Origin: Minisyncoccota bacterium
GTDB taxonomy: Bacteria; Patescibacteriota; Minisyncoccia; Phycocordibacterales; Phycocordibacteraceae
Length of the DNA stretch: 41,500 nucleotides
Direction of reading: 5' to 3'
Assembly: GCA_035438505.1 (NCBI GenBank)
Contig: DAORIM010000003.1
Location: forward strand, 1 to 41,500
The notes beneath the pieces are model-generated. The model did not search any database. It was given only the letters and a program-made list of their open reading frames with translations, and had not been told where the DNA came from. Positions 23,061 through 31,974 of this stretch are shown here, piece by piece; within the stretch, counting starts at the first letter, position 1; each line of letters begins with the position of its first letter. A program made the translations under genes and the position numbers.

Positions 23061-25076
23061 CTACTGCAAGTCGCGAACCTCCTCGCCACGGTCGACCTCC
23101 GCAACGTCTTCTTCGTCAGGTTCCTGCGCCGGTACGTATCCTGGCAACTCCCAAACCCACCCATCGCTGAATCCAGTTTTTACCGGATCAATGCCTAGCT
23201 TCTCGCGAGCACTTCGAAAGCACTTGTCACTAATGAAATTGTCGTGGGCCACCTTCCACATTTCTTTAGCGGTCTTAGGTCCAGACGCAAGTTCACCCTT
23301 GATTATTTTGAGTGCTAGTTCTGTTTCAGACTGCTTACCAATCGGCTCTGAATCAGCTAGCATTTCATCACGAGGGACAACGATCGCATCCTTTTCCCAT
23401 TCGATCATCGGCATGCCGTTCGCTGCTGTGTTAACGGAATATGCGAGACCTAGGGTATCCGCAGCAATATTGTTCTTGACCGGAAGCATGAGTCGGCGGT
23501 CAGTGTTATCTTTGTCGCGAACAACCACGAAGCAAGCACGTGCTGCCGCAACGAACGCAAGCGAGCCCATTGCGCGATACATTGGATTCTTATTCGTACC
23601 GTCCTTGTTCAGATGGCTCACAGCAACCAACGCAACGCCGAAGCGCGCCGCAACCTCACTAAGCGGTGCAAGTAATCCACGAACATCGGTATTGTTGTGG
23701 CTATTTGAGCCACCCATGTAAGCAGAGATTGGGTCGATGATAACCAGCACCGGATTCGGCAGTGACGCTAGAACTTCTGCAAGCGTTTCGACATCTTCCT
23801 GAAGGGAGAACATGCGCTGGCTCTGAGTACCATCTCCATTCGTCTTCAGCACAGACTGGAGAATATGTACGCGGCTGGCATCTACTCCTGCTGCGTCGAG
23901 ACGAGGGCGGATAGTGTCTGCCGGATCGTCTTCAGCAGAGATGAATACCACATCACCAAGCGGTGCAGGGACTCCATCTACTGGCCAAGGTGCTCCTACC
24001 GAACTTGTCGCCGCAAGAGAAACCGTAACCAGACTCTTACTAATGCCTGGGTCACCAACAATCAGCGTTACCTTTCCTCGCGCTATGCGTCCAGGCCAGA
24101 GCCAATCGACAGGCTTGGGATGAATGTCCGCGAATGATGTAAGGAGTGCTTTGCGATCTCCTGTGTGAGGTGTCTTAGGATTACGTGTCTTTCCTTCTCC
24201 TTTGTAAGTCTCTTTAGTGAGAGCTAGTGCGTTATCGATGGTGCGCTTACGATAGTCAGGACGATCTTGTGTCTTATCTCGAGAACCGAGAGGCGACTCG
24301 AGCCACGCCGCCTCGACGCGTGCGAAGTCCGCTCCAAGCCAAAATGCTAGGTGAGCACACAAGGCGGAATCTGCCCGGGAATCATCACCTTCATATTCGG
24401 AAATGTCTCCTTCGTAGAGAGCCTTGATCTTAGCTCCATTCTTAGATGTGAACATGCTTTCGAGGATCAAACGATCCTCAATTTGTGTAATGTGCTTAGC
24501 GATCTTCGCTGCAGACTCATACTTGGACTCATCCTCAGACTTCTTACTCCATGGGTAGCCTAGAATTTTGAGTAGTTCAAACGCCTCATGTGGGGTCACG
24601 GTGCGAATGGGACTTGATACCTTCCACGCCTTTCCGGTGACGGTAAAGAAACGTCCGGATGTGTAGCACTCGTAGTTGCCCGAGCGATTACGGGTAAGTT
24701 CCATTCGCTCTGTGAGTCGCAGGTACAGATGTAGGCCAGTGCCTGAGGGTGAAACCTCTGTATAAGTTTTGGCCGCTTTTACAATCTCCTCAATCTCTGG
24801 CGGCAAACTCCCGTCTTCTCGAATGCAATGATCAAGATCGATGCCGAGAAGATCTCCATTGAACACAATCCCAATACCGTCAAAGCCCCCTACAGCCTCA
24901 ACAACTTCCTCATAAGTGCTCCATAACTCAGGATTTGTCGAAGATGCCATCGCTCCCTGAGGGGTATAGGGCACCTTCGTCTTCTTTCCCTCGCGTTCCA
25001 CAAAGCGCCAGTTAACCCACGTCTTCGTGCCATGCTTTGCTAATGAGCGTACATTCTTAATTTCTTCTGCGTTCAT
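23061..25076 (-). CDS. replication protein: bifunctional primase-polymerase N-terminal domain plus RecA/AAA (RepA/AAA_25-like) NTPase
   Basis: GIGIVFNGDLLGIDLDHC and EVSPSGTGLHLY (prim-pol motifs). Walker A VGDPGISKS and Walker B VLVIIDPISAY. Confidence 0.75.
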   Translation of the reverse strand: MNAEEIKNVRSLAKHGTKTWVNWRFVEREGKKTKVPYTPQGAMASSTNPELWSTYEEVVEAVGGFDGIGIVFNGDLLGIDLDHCIREDGSLPPEIEEIVKAAKTYTEVSPSGTGLHLYLRLTERMELTRNRSGNYECYTSGRFFTVTGKAWKVSSPIRTVTPHEAFELLKILGYPWSKKSEDESKYESAAKIAKHITQIEDRLILESMFTSKNGAKIKALYEGDISEYEGDDSRADSALCAHLAFWLGADFARVEAAWLESPLGSRDKTQDRPDYRKRTIDNALALTKETYKGEGKTRNPKTPHTGDRKALLTSFADIHPKPVDWLWPGRIARGKVTLIVGDPGISKSLVTVSLAATSSVGAPWPVDGVPAPLGDVVFISAEDDPADTIRPRLDAAGVDASRVHILQSVLKTNGDGTQSQRMFSLQEDVETLAEVLASLPNPVLVIIDPISAYMGGSNSHNNTDVRGLLAPLSEVAARFGVALVAVSHLNKDGTNKNPMYRAMGSLAFVAAARACFVVVRDKDNTDRRLMLPVKNNIAADTLGLAYSVNTAANGMPMIEWEKDAIVVPRDEMLADSEPIGKQSETELALKIIKGELASGPKTAKEMWKVAHDNFISDKCFRSAREKLGIDPVKTGFSDGWVWELPGYVPAQEPDEEDVAEVDRGEEVRDLQ

Positions 25077-25181
25077 GTCTGTTTGCTAGTGATTAACCCT
25101 CTCTTTACCCAGCCAGTCCTGAACGCTAGACAGACCGGGTAAGCAAAGGGCTACCTAGGTTTGCGTTCATGCATGCCAAAC

Positions 25182-25206
25182 AAAAAAGGACCCCTTGAGG
25201 GTCCCA
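25182..25206 (-). terminator. rho-independent terminator after 25235..26032
   Basis: Minus strand GGACCC-TCAAG-GGGTCC followed by TTTTTT. Confidence 0.6.
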
Positions 25207-25234
25207 TTTGGGCTAGTGAGTCACCGTAGAGTCA

Positions 25235-26032
25235 CTAAAAATTTCTTCTGAGAGTCTTCTTTTGCCACGTTATTAGGTCCTCATCTGTGTTTAGTTCCTT
25301 CTTAATGCGTTTGTTCAAAGCGTAGATTGCGTCCTTAACAGTTTGAGATTCCTGCTGTGGAGTCCTCCTTCCAGGCCCTTCTTCCCTCGTATCCGAACCT
25401 CTCGGATCATAGACCTCATATACCTCAGACCACTGGATTATCTCTCCGATCCCATGAGAGAACGCTACGCGAGCCAAGTCGTGCTGATTCTTGGTAGGAG
25501 CAAGGTGTACGAATGTATTGCCAATTATGATGTTTGCAGCCTTATCATCGAATCTCACAACTGACCCCGCTAGAGTTACCTTCCTTGCACTGACAGCCTC
25601 TCTAAGTAACGCCTCGTAGGTCGTTTGATAGGCAGACGCAAGTTGGCCCAGATGTGACGCTGATTCTTCCAAGGTTTCGGACACCGGTATCTCTTTGAAC
25701 GAATCTGGGAAATACAATTCAGATGTATCGAGTCTTCCATCGTCGAGTCTAATCACGACAGCTAGTGCATGCCTGTATAGATCCTCAGAGGCTTTATTAA
25801 AGTTTTTATACGCCTCCTGAACCGCATCCTTGTCGAATGAAAATACTGCACTGTCCTGTATCTCCCTTCGGTAAGCAGCATAGCTCTTTGCGTAGCCGGC
25901 AAAGTAACGAGGGAAGCTGGTCTGCATCTGATGTACGAAGTCACGTACCTGAGACTCAGGAAGGAACTCCTGAAGGATCTGCAGTCTTTCCTTGTCGGTA
26001 TACGCTACCGACCCACGACGTTCAGCGTTCAT
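25235..26032 (-). CDS. hypothetical protein with C-terminal winged-helix (OmpR/PhoB Trans_reg_C-like) DNA-binding region
   Basis: The C-terminal about 100 aa (IIIGNTFVHLAPTKNQHDLARVAF...VKDAIYALNKRIKKEL...ITWQKKTLRRNF) follow the wHTH effector-domain pattern. The N-terminal domain is unknown. Confidence 0.45.
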   Translation of the reverse strand: MNAERRGSVAYTDKERLQILQEFLPESQVRDFVHQMQTSFPRYFAGYAKSYAAYRREIQDSAVFSFDKDAVQEAYKNFNKASEDLYRHALAVVIRLDDGRLDTSELYFPDSFKEIPVSETLEESASHLGQLASAYQTTYEALLREAVSARKVTLAGSVVRFDDKAANIIIGNTFVHLAPTKNQHDLARVAFSHGIGEIIQWSEVYEVYDPRGSDTREEGPGRRTPQQESQTVKDAIYALNKRIKKELNTDEDLITWQKKTLRRNF

Positions 26033-26038
26033 GTCCTA

Positions 26039-26044
26039 ATCGTA
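26039..26044 (-). promoter_or_regulatory. -10-like box TACGAT, 6 nt upstream of ATG 26032
   Basis: Minus strand TACGAT TAGGAC ATG. Confidence 0.3.
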
Positions 26045-26128
26045 GCGCAACGCCATGGAAATACATATTTGACAAAAGTTCGTGAAAAATTAAGCGTAAT
26101 TTTTTTGGCACCTCAGCGTTTTCATCCC

Positions 26129-26205
26129 CAGGAGTCCCATTTTTGAAAAGGAGTCCCGACCGCGTGCGGATACTCTTCCCTAACATCCCCGGCACCCCAG
26201 GGACT
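26129..26205 (+). repeat. iteron/operator-like repeats: AGGAGTCCC x2 direct (26129, 26148) and GGGACTC inverted (26199)
   Basis: Exact 9-mers 19 nt apart plus an inverted 7-mer core, next to an A/T-rich tract (26085..26106) in the divergent intergenic region. Confidence 0.5.
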
Positions 26206-26268
26206 CAAAATCAAGACTACTCCCCACCCCGCTTACAACTCGGTCTTTTGCATTACTCATAACCAGAA

Positions 26269-26472
26269 ATGCATATGACTATCGAGCCGATCATGGCGCA
26301 GGTGTGGTGCGAGCATGCGGAGGAGTATATAGATACCTACTCCCTATCTCATTACGAAGTTCGAGGGGATGACGGCACCCTTCTTGGGTCTGGTGAGACT
26401 CGCGACGAGGCGCTGAGCGCTGCGCGAAGCTTCCTCGTGCTCCCTACTCGCAGACTAGCCCCTATCTCATGA
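26269..26472 (+). CDS. hypothetical protein (island operon gene 1)
   Basis: 67 aa; ATGA overlap with the next gene. Confidence 0.5.
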   Translation: MHMTIEPIMAQVWCEHAEEYIDTYSLSHYEVRGDDGTLLGSGETRDEALSAARSFLVLPTRRLAPIS

Positions 26473-26723
26473 GGGCCGCTGCTACACGCATTCGCGTACG
26501 GAGTCTGGAGCATCTGAAGGCATTGTGCGAGAACGGTTCCGCAGACTTCGTTATCGCTCTGGGTGGTGGTGCTCGTAGCAGCAAGCACATCTCTTGGGAC
26601 GGGGAGGAGTTCGCTATCTTTAGCGGTATCAGCGGCACCTTTAGGAGCTACACGCCTGAGAGCCTGCAAGAGAGCTTTGTCGGTATCGCCATAGAGTCAG
26701 GAGCTCTGTACACAGACATATGA
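26469..26723 (+). CDS. hypothetical protein (island operon gene 2)
   Basis: 84 aa; ATGA overlaps on both sides. Confidence 0.5.
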   Translation: MRAAATRIRVRSLEHLKALCENGSADFVIALGGGARSSKHISWDGEEFAIFSGISGTFRSYTPESLQESFVGIAIESGALYTDI

Positions 26724-27163
26724 GCCGCGCTTCAACCTATGCTCTCATGTCTGTCTTCGAGGATACCCTTAACATGCGAATCGAGGTTTCATTCGAAGAG
26801 GCGCTCGGCTTCTTCAGTCTTCTGAGGTCGTACAATCAACTAGAAGGGGCAAGGGTGCATGAGCTACTACATGCGATTGACGATGCAATTCCTCGGACTG
26901 CATACCCTGACACAGCAGCTGGTGCTAACCCCAATAATGGCAAACGTGCTTACAGCATCTGTGTAGGGCGTGAAGGCTCCCCTGTGCTCTACATAAAGCG
27001 ATACGTGCACGAGAAGGAGGATCCACTGCCAACGGAACGTGTTCGTCTGATTAAACGGGCAGCTAGGAAAGCTCTTGCTGATGAGATCGACTATGAAATG
27101 GAAGATGTCGGTATTCCTGGCTACGGAGTGCGTATTGAGCAATTCCGGTTCTGGTGGGATTAG
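26720..27163 (+). CDS. hypothetical protein (island operon gene 3)
   Basis: 147 aa; no recognisable motif. Confidence 0.55.
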   Translation: MSRASTYALMSVFEDTLNMRIEVSFEEALGFFSLLRSYNQLEGARVHELLHAIDDAIPRTAYPDTAAGANPNNGKRAYSICVGREGSPVLYIKRYVHEKEDPLPTERVRLIKRAARKALADEIDYEMEDVGIPGYGVRIEQFRFWWD

Positions 27164-27214
27164 AAGGCTCCTCATCCTGCATCTGTACTCACGGATGCGG
27201 GGACGAGGGGCTTT

Positions 27215-27237
27215 GGGAGGAGCATGCTTGTCCTCCC
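27215..27237 (+). terminator. hairpin downstream of the three-gene operon
   Basis: GGGAGGA-9 nt-TCCTCCC; poor U tract. Confidence 0.3.
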
Positions 27238-27347
27238 TACCCTTCGCGTCATTCAGGTACGGGTTGCTTTGCAGTTTTGCTTTGAACGGGCCTCTAGGTG
27301 TTATCAAAGCCGGTCGCGGTATGAAAGGAAAGCTGTAGTTCTTGACT

Positions 27348-27371
27348 CTACTCCTGATGCATCAGGAGTAG
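27348..27371. terminator. perfect 10-bp palindromic hairpin between convergent operons
   Basis: CTACTCCTGA-TGCA-TCAGGAGTAG, 10 nt after the stop of 27382..27600. Confidence 0.45.
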
Positions 27372-27381
27372 GTATGAGGAA

Positions 27382-27600
27382 CTAAAACAGACCCTTTGTG
27401 ATCAAGGGAACAAGAATACCTATTCCAATGATTGCCACGAGAATCCCAACAAGCTTGAAGAGTTCGCTCTTTTCTCCTTTCATTAGCTTTTTACGATTGA
27501 GGTACAGAAACATACCTATGAGAACAACGGCTATGATCATGAGGTATGTCGGCACATCTCCGCAGCCCTCACCTCCATATAAATCGCAATGACTATACAT
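27382..27600 (-). CDS. small 2-TM membrane protein, translationally coupled to hsdR
   Basis: 72 aa. Cys-containing N-terminus MYSHCDLYGGEGCGD followed by two hydrophobic helices. Its ATG overlaps the hsdR stop by 8 nt. Confidence 0.55.
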   Translation of the reverse strand: MYSHCDLYGGEGCGDVPTYLMIIAVVLIGMFLYLNRKKLMKGEKSELFKLVGILVAIIGIGILVPLITKGLF

Positions 27601-30559
27601 ATGTTTTCTCTCGTGTGATAACGTCCGGATCGTCGTATGTCATGGTGAAAACGGTATCAGCCATCCAGCGTTTGAACTGCGGATTATCACTGAACTGCTT
27701 AAGAAGTTCCTCGTCGTCTTTCAGCACAGCACGCATCACACGCACTAGTGCCTTATCGTGCTCGATGCGTGCATTCTGACGGTCAGAATTTACTACGGCA
27801 TTTCGATATGCCTTGTCTTCAACGACACGTGAAGGTATCTCTTCGGTAATGAGACGACGAATGCGATCCTTATCACTCCAATCAATACCTCCAAACTGAT
27901 CATTGAAAGATTTTATGATGTTTGAGAGGCGATCAAGTTCAGGTTCAGCTTTATGGCCCCCTCCCGACGTTGGCACAGGTTCTATCTCGGTATCCTTATC
28001 CGCTAACAAGATACGTGCCATTTCTTTCTTCTCAAGTCGGTAGCTATCCATGTCTATCGACTGAAGAATCCCCTTTGATAGATCCTCTTCGATAGGCGCA
28101 GGGAGCTTGGATACTAGGAAGTTCAAATATATGGAAAGCTTTTCCCACTCTCCATTAGTATATGGAAGAATCGCTGACAGGAATCCGTAGGTACGTACAA
28201 ATGTCTTGGCCTTCCCTTTGAAGTCTACCTGGCCGTCCTCATCAAGATGTTCGAGGTAGGTTGCCACTGAGCCGTCTAGGATAGGGTCGAGAGTGTCACG
28301 CTCTGCTCCGCTGATGTATAGGTGCACGAACCTATCCACGTCATCAGAGAAATATACCTGATATGCATCAAGCGCTGCCTTTAGATCATGCAGTTTATTT
28401 GGGTCGGTCTCTTTGCTAAGGATAGTGGTCCTGTAATACGGAGTGAAGGAATCCTCGATAGTTTGCATATCATTCGAGAAATCCAGCACAAAGGTATCGT
28501 GCTTCTGTGGGTGTGCTCGGTTAAGACGAGAGAGAGTCTGTACCGCCTTTATGCCGGAGAGAGTCTTATCCACGTACATGGTATGCAAGAGAGGTTCGTC
28601 GTAACCGGTTTGGAACTTATCTGCACAAATAAGGAATCGATACGGATCCTCCTTTACTTTGTCCGGAATAGAATTGCTTGGGAAGCCGTTGAGTGACGCT
28701 TCGGTTACCTTTTTGCCTTGATATTCTGGCTCTCCGGAGAAGGCAACGATTGGCTTGTATGGGCTCTTTATCTCTGACAAGTAAGTCTTGAAGGCATAGA
28801 AATACTGAATGGCCCGCTCAATGCTGCCGGTTACCACCATAGCCCTAGCTTCTCCACCCACCTTCCTTTGACCTGCAACCTGTTCCATAAAGTGGTCGAC
28901 CATGACCTGAGCCTTTACCTCAATCGCATGGTCATGACTCTCTACGTAATAGCGAAGCTTTTTTGCAGCTCTCTTGATATCGAACTCCGGGTCGTCCTCT
29001 ATCGTCTTGATAAGCTTGTAGTAGCTATCAATCGGTGTGTAGTTCTTAAGAACATCAAGAATGAAGCCTTCCTCTATAGCCTGCTTCATCGTGTAGCTAT
29101 GGAACGGTCGATGCTTGATAACATCTCCGTCCGGCACTGACTCTCCGAAAAGTTCCAGGGTCTTGTTCTTAGGAGTCGCGGTAAAAGCGAAGTAGCTTGC
29201 ATTAGTAAGCATCTTCTTCGCCTCCATGATCCGATTGATCTTGTCTTCAAGTGTATCCTCATCTCCCTCTCCAACCTCTGAGAGCGCGGTACTGAGCGCC
29301 GCAGAAGTACTTCCGCCCTGGCTTGAGTGCGCCTCGTCGATGATGATTGCGAACTTCCGGTCTCGATGACTGCTACCGATTGCATCAAGAATGAAAGGGA
29401 ACTTCTGAACGGTGGAGATTATGACTTTTTTGCCGCTCTCGATATAGGTCGCAAGCTCGCGTGAACTTGTAGCGTGCCCTACGGTTGCGCCAACCTGTCT
29501 GAATCCTTTAATAGTCGTATTAAGTTGACTGTCGAGGATACGTCGGTCAGTAACTACGATTACGGAATCAAAGACCTGGCTCTCATCCTTTTGCAACGTC
29601 ACAAGCTGATGCGCTAGCCATGCGATTGAGTTCGATTTACCGCTACCGGCCGAATGCTCGATGAGATAGCGTCTGCCAGCTCCGTATGCGGAAACGTCAC
29701 CCAGAAGCTCTCGAACTACAGCGAGCTGGTGGTAACGAGGGAATACTTGTTCCAGCTTTTTCTTTCCTGTTTTCTCATCCTTGAGTTCAACCATCTGAGC
29801 GTAGTTCTCAATGATGTCTGTGATGCTCCTTGGTGTCAGTATTTCCTTCCAGAGATAGTCGGTCTTCACTCCATCTACGTTCACCGGATTACCTGCACCT
29901 CCATTCCACCCCTTATTGAATGGTAGGAACCACGAAGACTTGCCGCGGAGAGCGGTACAGAAACGAACTTCGTGATCATCAACAGCTAAGTGAACCATGC
30001 AGCGGCCGTGCTCAAAGAGCATTTCGCGAGGACTTCGGTCACGCTTATACTGCTCGACAGCATCATCTACCGTTTGCTTAGTCAGACTATTCTTAAGTTC
30101 GAACGTTGCTAACGGAAGTCCATTTATGAAAAGTGCCATGTCGAGAGCTCGCTGAGTCTCGTCAAGGCTATAGCGGAGCTGGCGCGTGACGCTAAATCGA
30201 TTCTGAGTAAACTTTGTAGCCGCCTGCACGTTACCAGCGGTCGGGCTTGCGCAGAACAACTCAACAGTATGCGCACCATGCTTTACACCAGTACGAAGCA
30301 CATCAATTACACCACGCTTAGCTACCTCACCCTGTATCCGAGCGAGAAACTGCTTTCGCTTGGTACTGTCGTTATTAAGGTCAAATGCCTCTATCAAGGG
30401 CTCCTGAGTAGCGTACAGGAAGGCTTGAAGCTGCTTTAAGTCGATTGCATAAGAGCGATCGTAATCGTGTGGATGGCCCTCGATCCACCCACCTTCGGCG
30501 GATGCCATATGACTCACTATGAGGCTTTCTAGACCTTTTTCACTCGTGTCAGTTTTCAT
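27593..30559 (-). CDS. hsdR: type I restriction enzyme, R subunit
   Basis: N-terminal nuclease core ALDMALFINGLPLATFELKN, helicase motifs GSGKS and IIIDEAHSSQGG. 988 aa. Confidence 0.9.
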   Translation of the reverse strand: MKTDTSEKGLESLIVSHMASAEGGWIEGHPHDYDRSYAIDLKQLQAFLYATQEPLIEAFDLNNDSTKRKQFLARIQGEVAKRGVIDVLRTGVKHGAHTVELFCASPTAGNVQAATKFTQNRFSVTRQLRYSLDETQRALDMALFINGLPLATFELKNSLTKQTVDDAVEQYKRDRSPREMLFEHGRCMVHLAVDDHEVRFCTALRGKSSWFLPFNKGWNGGAGNPVNVDGVKTDYLWKEILTPRSITDIIENYAQMVELKDEKTGKKKLEQVFPRYHQLAVVRELLGDVSAYGAGRRYLIEHSAGSGKSNSIAWLAHQLVTLQKDESQVFDSVIVVTDRRILDSQLNTTIKGFRQVGATVGHATSSRELATYIESGKKVIISTVQKFPFILDAIGSSHRDRKFAIIIDEAHSSQGGSTSAALSTALSEVGEGDEDTLEDKINRIMEAKKMLTNASYFAFTATPKNKTLELFGESVPDGDVIKHRPFHSYTMKQAIEEGFILDVLKNYTPIDSYYKLIKTIEDDPEFDIKRAAKKLRYYVESHDHAIEVKAQVMVDHFMEQVAGQRKVGGEARAMVVTGSIERAIQYFYAFKTYLSEIKSPYKPIVAFSGEPEYQGKKVTEASLNGFPSNSIPDKVKEDPYRFLICADKFQTGYDEPLLHTMYVDKTLSGIKAVQTLSRLNRAHPQKHDTFVLDFSNDMQTIEDSFTPYYRTTILSKETDPNKLHDLKAALDAYQVYFSDDVDRFVHLYISGAERDTLDPILDGSVATYLEHLDEDGQVDFKGKAKTFVRTYGFLSAILPYTNGEWEKLSIYLNFLVSKLPAPIEEDLSKGILQSIDMDSYRLEKKEMARILLADKDTEIEPVPTSGGGHKAEPELDRLSNIIKSFNDQFGGIDWSDKDRIRRLITEEIPSRVVEDKAYRNAVVNSDRQNARIEHDKALVRVMRAVLKDDEELLKQFSDNPQFKRWMADTVFTMTYDDPDVITREKTYV

Positions 30560-31974
30560 ATGGCAGTATCTTCCGTCTCAATTTCTGCGATGGAATCAGT
30601 CTCCTCTATATCATCGTCATACCCCAAATCTTGACTTTCGTCCAGTAGATTAGTGTTCGCTAAGATTTCATCTGGAATAGCGTCTGCAAAGTGTAAGGCG
30701 CTTAACCTTCCCAGCACCAGATCTTCTATCAAACGACCGCGATACTCCTTTAGGAGCATAATTTCTCGAGTAATCTTTTCTGAAACTGTTCGATTCGTTG
30801 TGGTAGCCTCCTGAACATAAGCAACGATCTTCTCTTGTTCATCAGGAGGTGGAACAATTACTGGGATTCGTTTCATTCCGTCAATTGATAGATCCCACTG
30901 CCCTATACGCACACCTTCTGAAACTCGAGCGAACATCCCGACATAAGCGCTACTTCGCAGTAGCATTTCTGAGAAATCTCGATTCTCAACATTTAGCTGG
31001 AAAACATAATAAGCAGGACTAACTATTCCATCTTGTGGTGCTACTCCTAATGATCCCTGCCAGGCCTTCATCTTGTTTATTACCAAATCCCCACGACGTG
31101 CAACCTTATAGTTACTTAGATCATCGGGAATAAAATTGTGGTTCTCGTTCTTATTTAATGTGGAGCGAAGCACTACTCCCTTCTCACGTAATACAGAAAG
31201 GAGAGGGAGCTCGGCTGCCCCACGCTCACTCCGGGGCGTTAATAATGAGGCTAGACTACGAATCTCCCAGTGATCTGGGATGGTTCCTAACCAATCGGTG
31301 CCCGAGTACTTTCTCTTAGTATTAGGACTGCGAGATCCACTTAATGCACTTCTAATTATGCTCTGTCTTTGCTCATTCAAAAGACGAAGGAGTCTCTGCT
31401 TATTACCGATATATGTTGATAGCTTAATATCTACATAAGTAGCTAGCCTTGCGATTAGCAGTTGCTCATCAAGTGGAGGGACTGCGATCCTCATTCCGCC
31501 GATAAATGCCCACTCCGCTCGCGGCATTCTTGCGCCGAACGTTGAGCTATTTATTTCATTTATTACCTCTTTTGACCTAAGTAGATACTCAAGATACGTA
31601 CCATCAATTCTATTAATATCCGGTCGCAATACAAGGAACTCGCCAACACATGTTCCGGTATTTTTAGCTTGAACTACCTTCGCTAAATAGGGGCGAAGCT
31701 TGGAAAACAGAACATCCCCTGCTTTGTACTGCTTAACTACCGTACCAACCTCTTCCACTTCAATCTGACGTATCTTTCCCGTCCACGATTCAACATTCTC
31801 TAAAGCAAGGTAGGGTTGATCGCTATTCCAGACAATCTGCTTAGTTGTGTTTGAAACATAGTTCTTGAGTCTTTGTAGCGACCAGTGTGACGGCATCTCC
31901 GGAAGCCACGTGAGCCCTGTATCGCTATAAGCTCCATGTTTCTTAAGATCACTTATCATAGACTTTTGAACCAT
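30556..31974 (-). CDS. hsdS: type I R-M specificity subunit (two TRDs)
   Basis: Two repeated target-recognition halves with conserved spacer helices (PPLDEQ.., PPPDEQEKI). ATGA overlap with hsdR. Acidic C-terminal tail. Confidence 0.8.
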   Translation of the reverse strand: MVQKSMISDLKKHGAYSDTGLTWLPEMPSHWSLQRLKNYVSNTTKQIVWNSDQPYLALENVESWTGKIRQIEVEEVGTVVKQYKAGDVLFSKLRPYLAKVVQAKNTGTCVGEFLVLRPDINRIDGTYLEYLLRSKEVINEINSSTFGARMPRAEWAFIGGMRIAVPPLDEQLLIARLATYVDIKLSTYIGNKQRLLRLLNEQRQSIIRSALSGSRSPNTKRKYSGTDWLGTIPDHWEIRSLASLLTPRSERGAAELPLLSVLREKGVVLRSTLNKNENHNFIPDDLSNYKVARRGDLVINKMKAWQGSLGVAPQDGIVSPAYYVFQLNVENRDFSEMLLRSSAYVGMFARVSEGVRIGQWDLSIDGMKRIPVIVPPPDEQEKIVAYVQEATTTNRTVSEKITREIMLLKEYRGRLIEDLVLGRLSALHFADAIPDEILANTNLLDESQDLGYDDDIEETDSIAEIETEDTAI

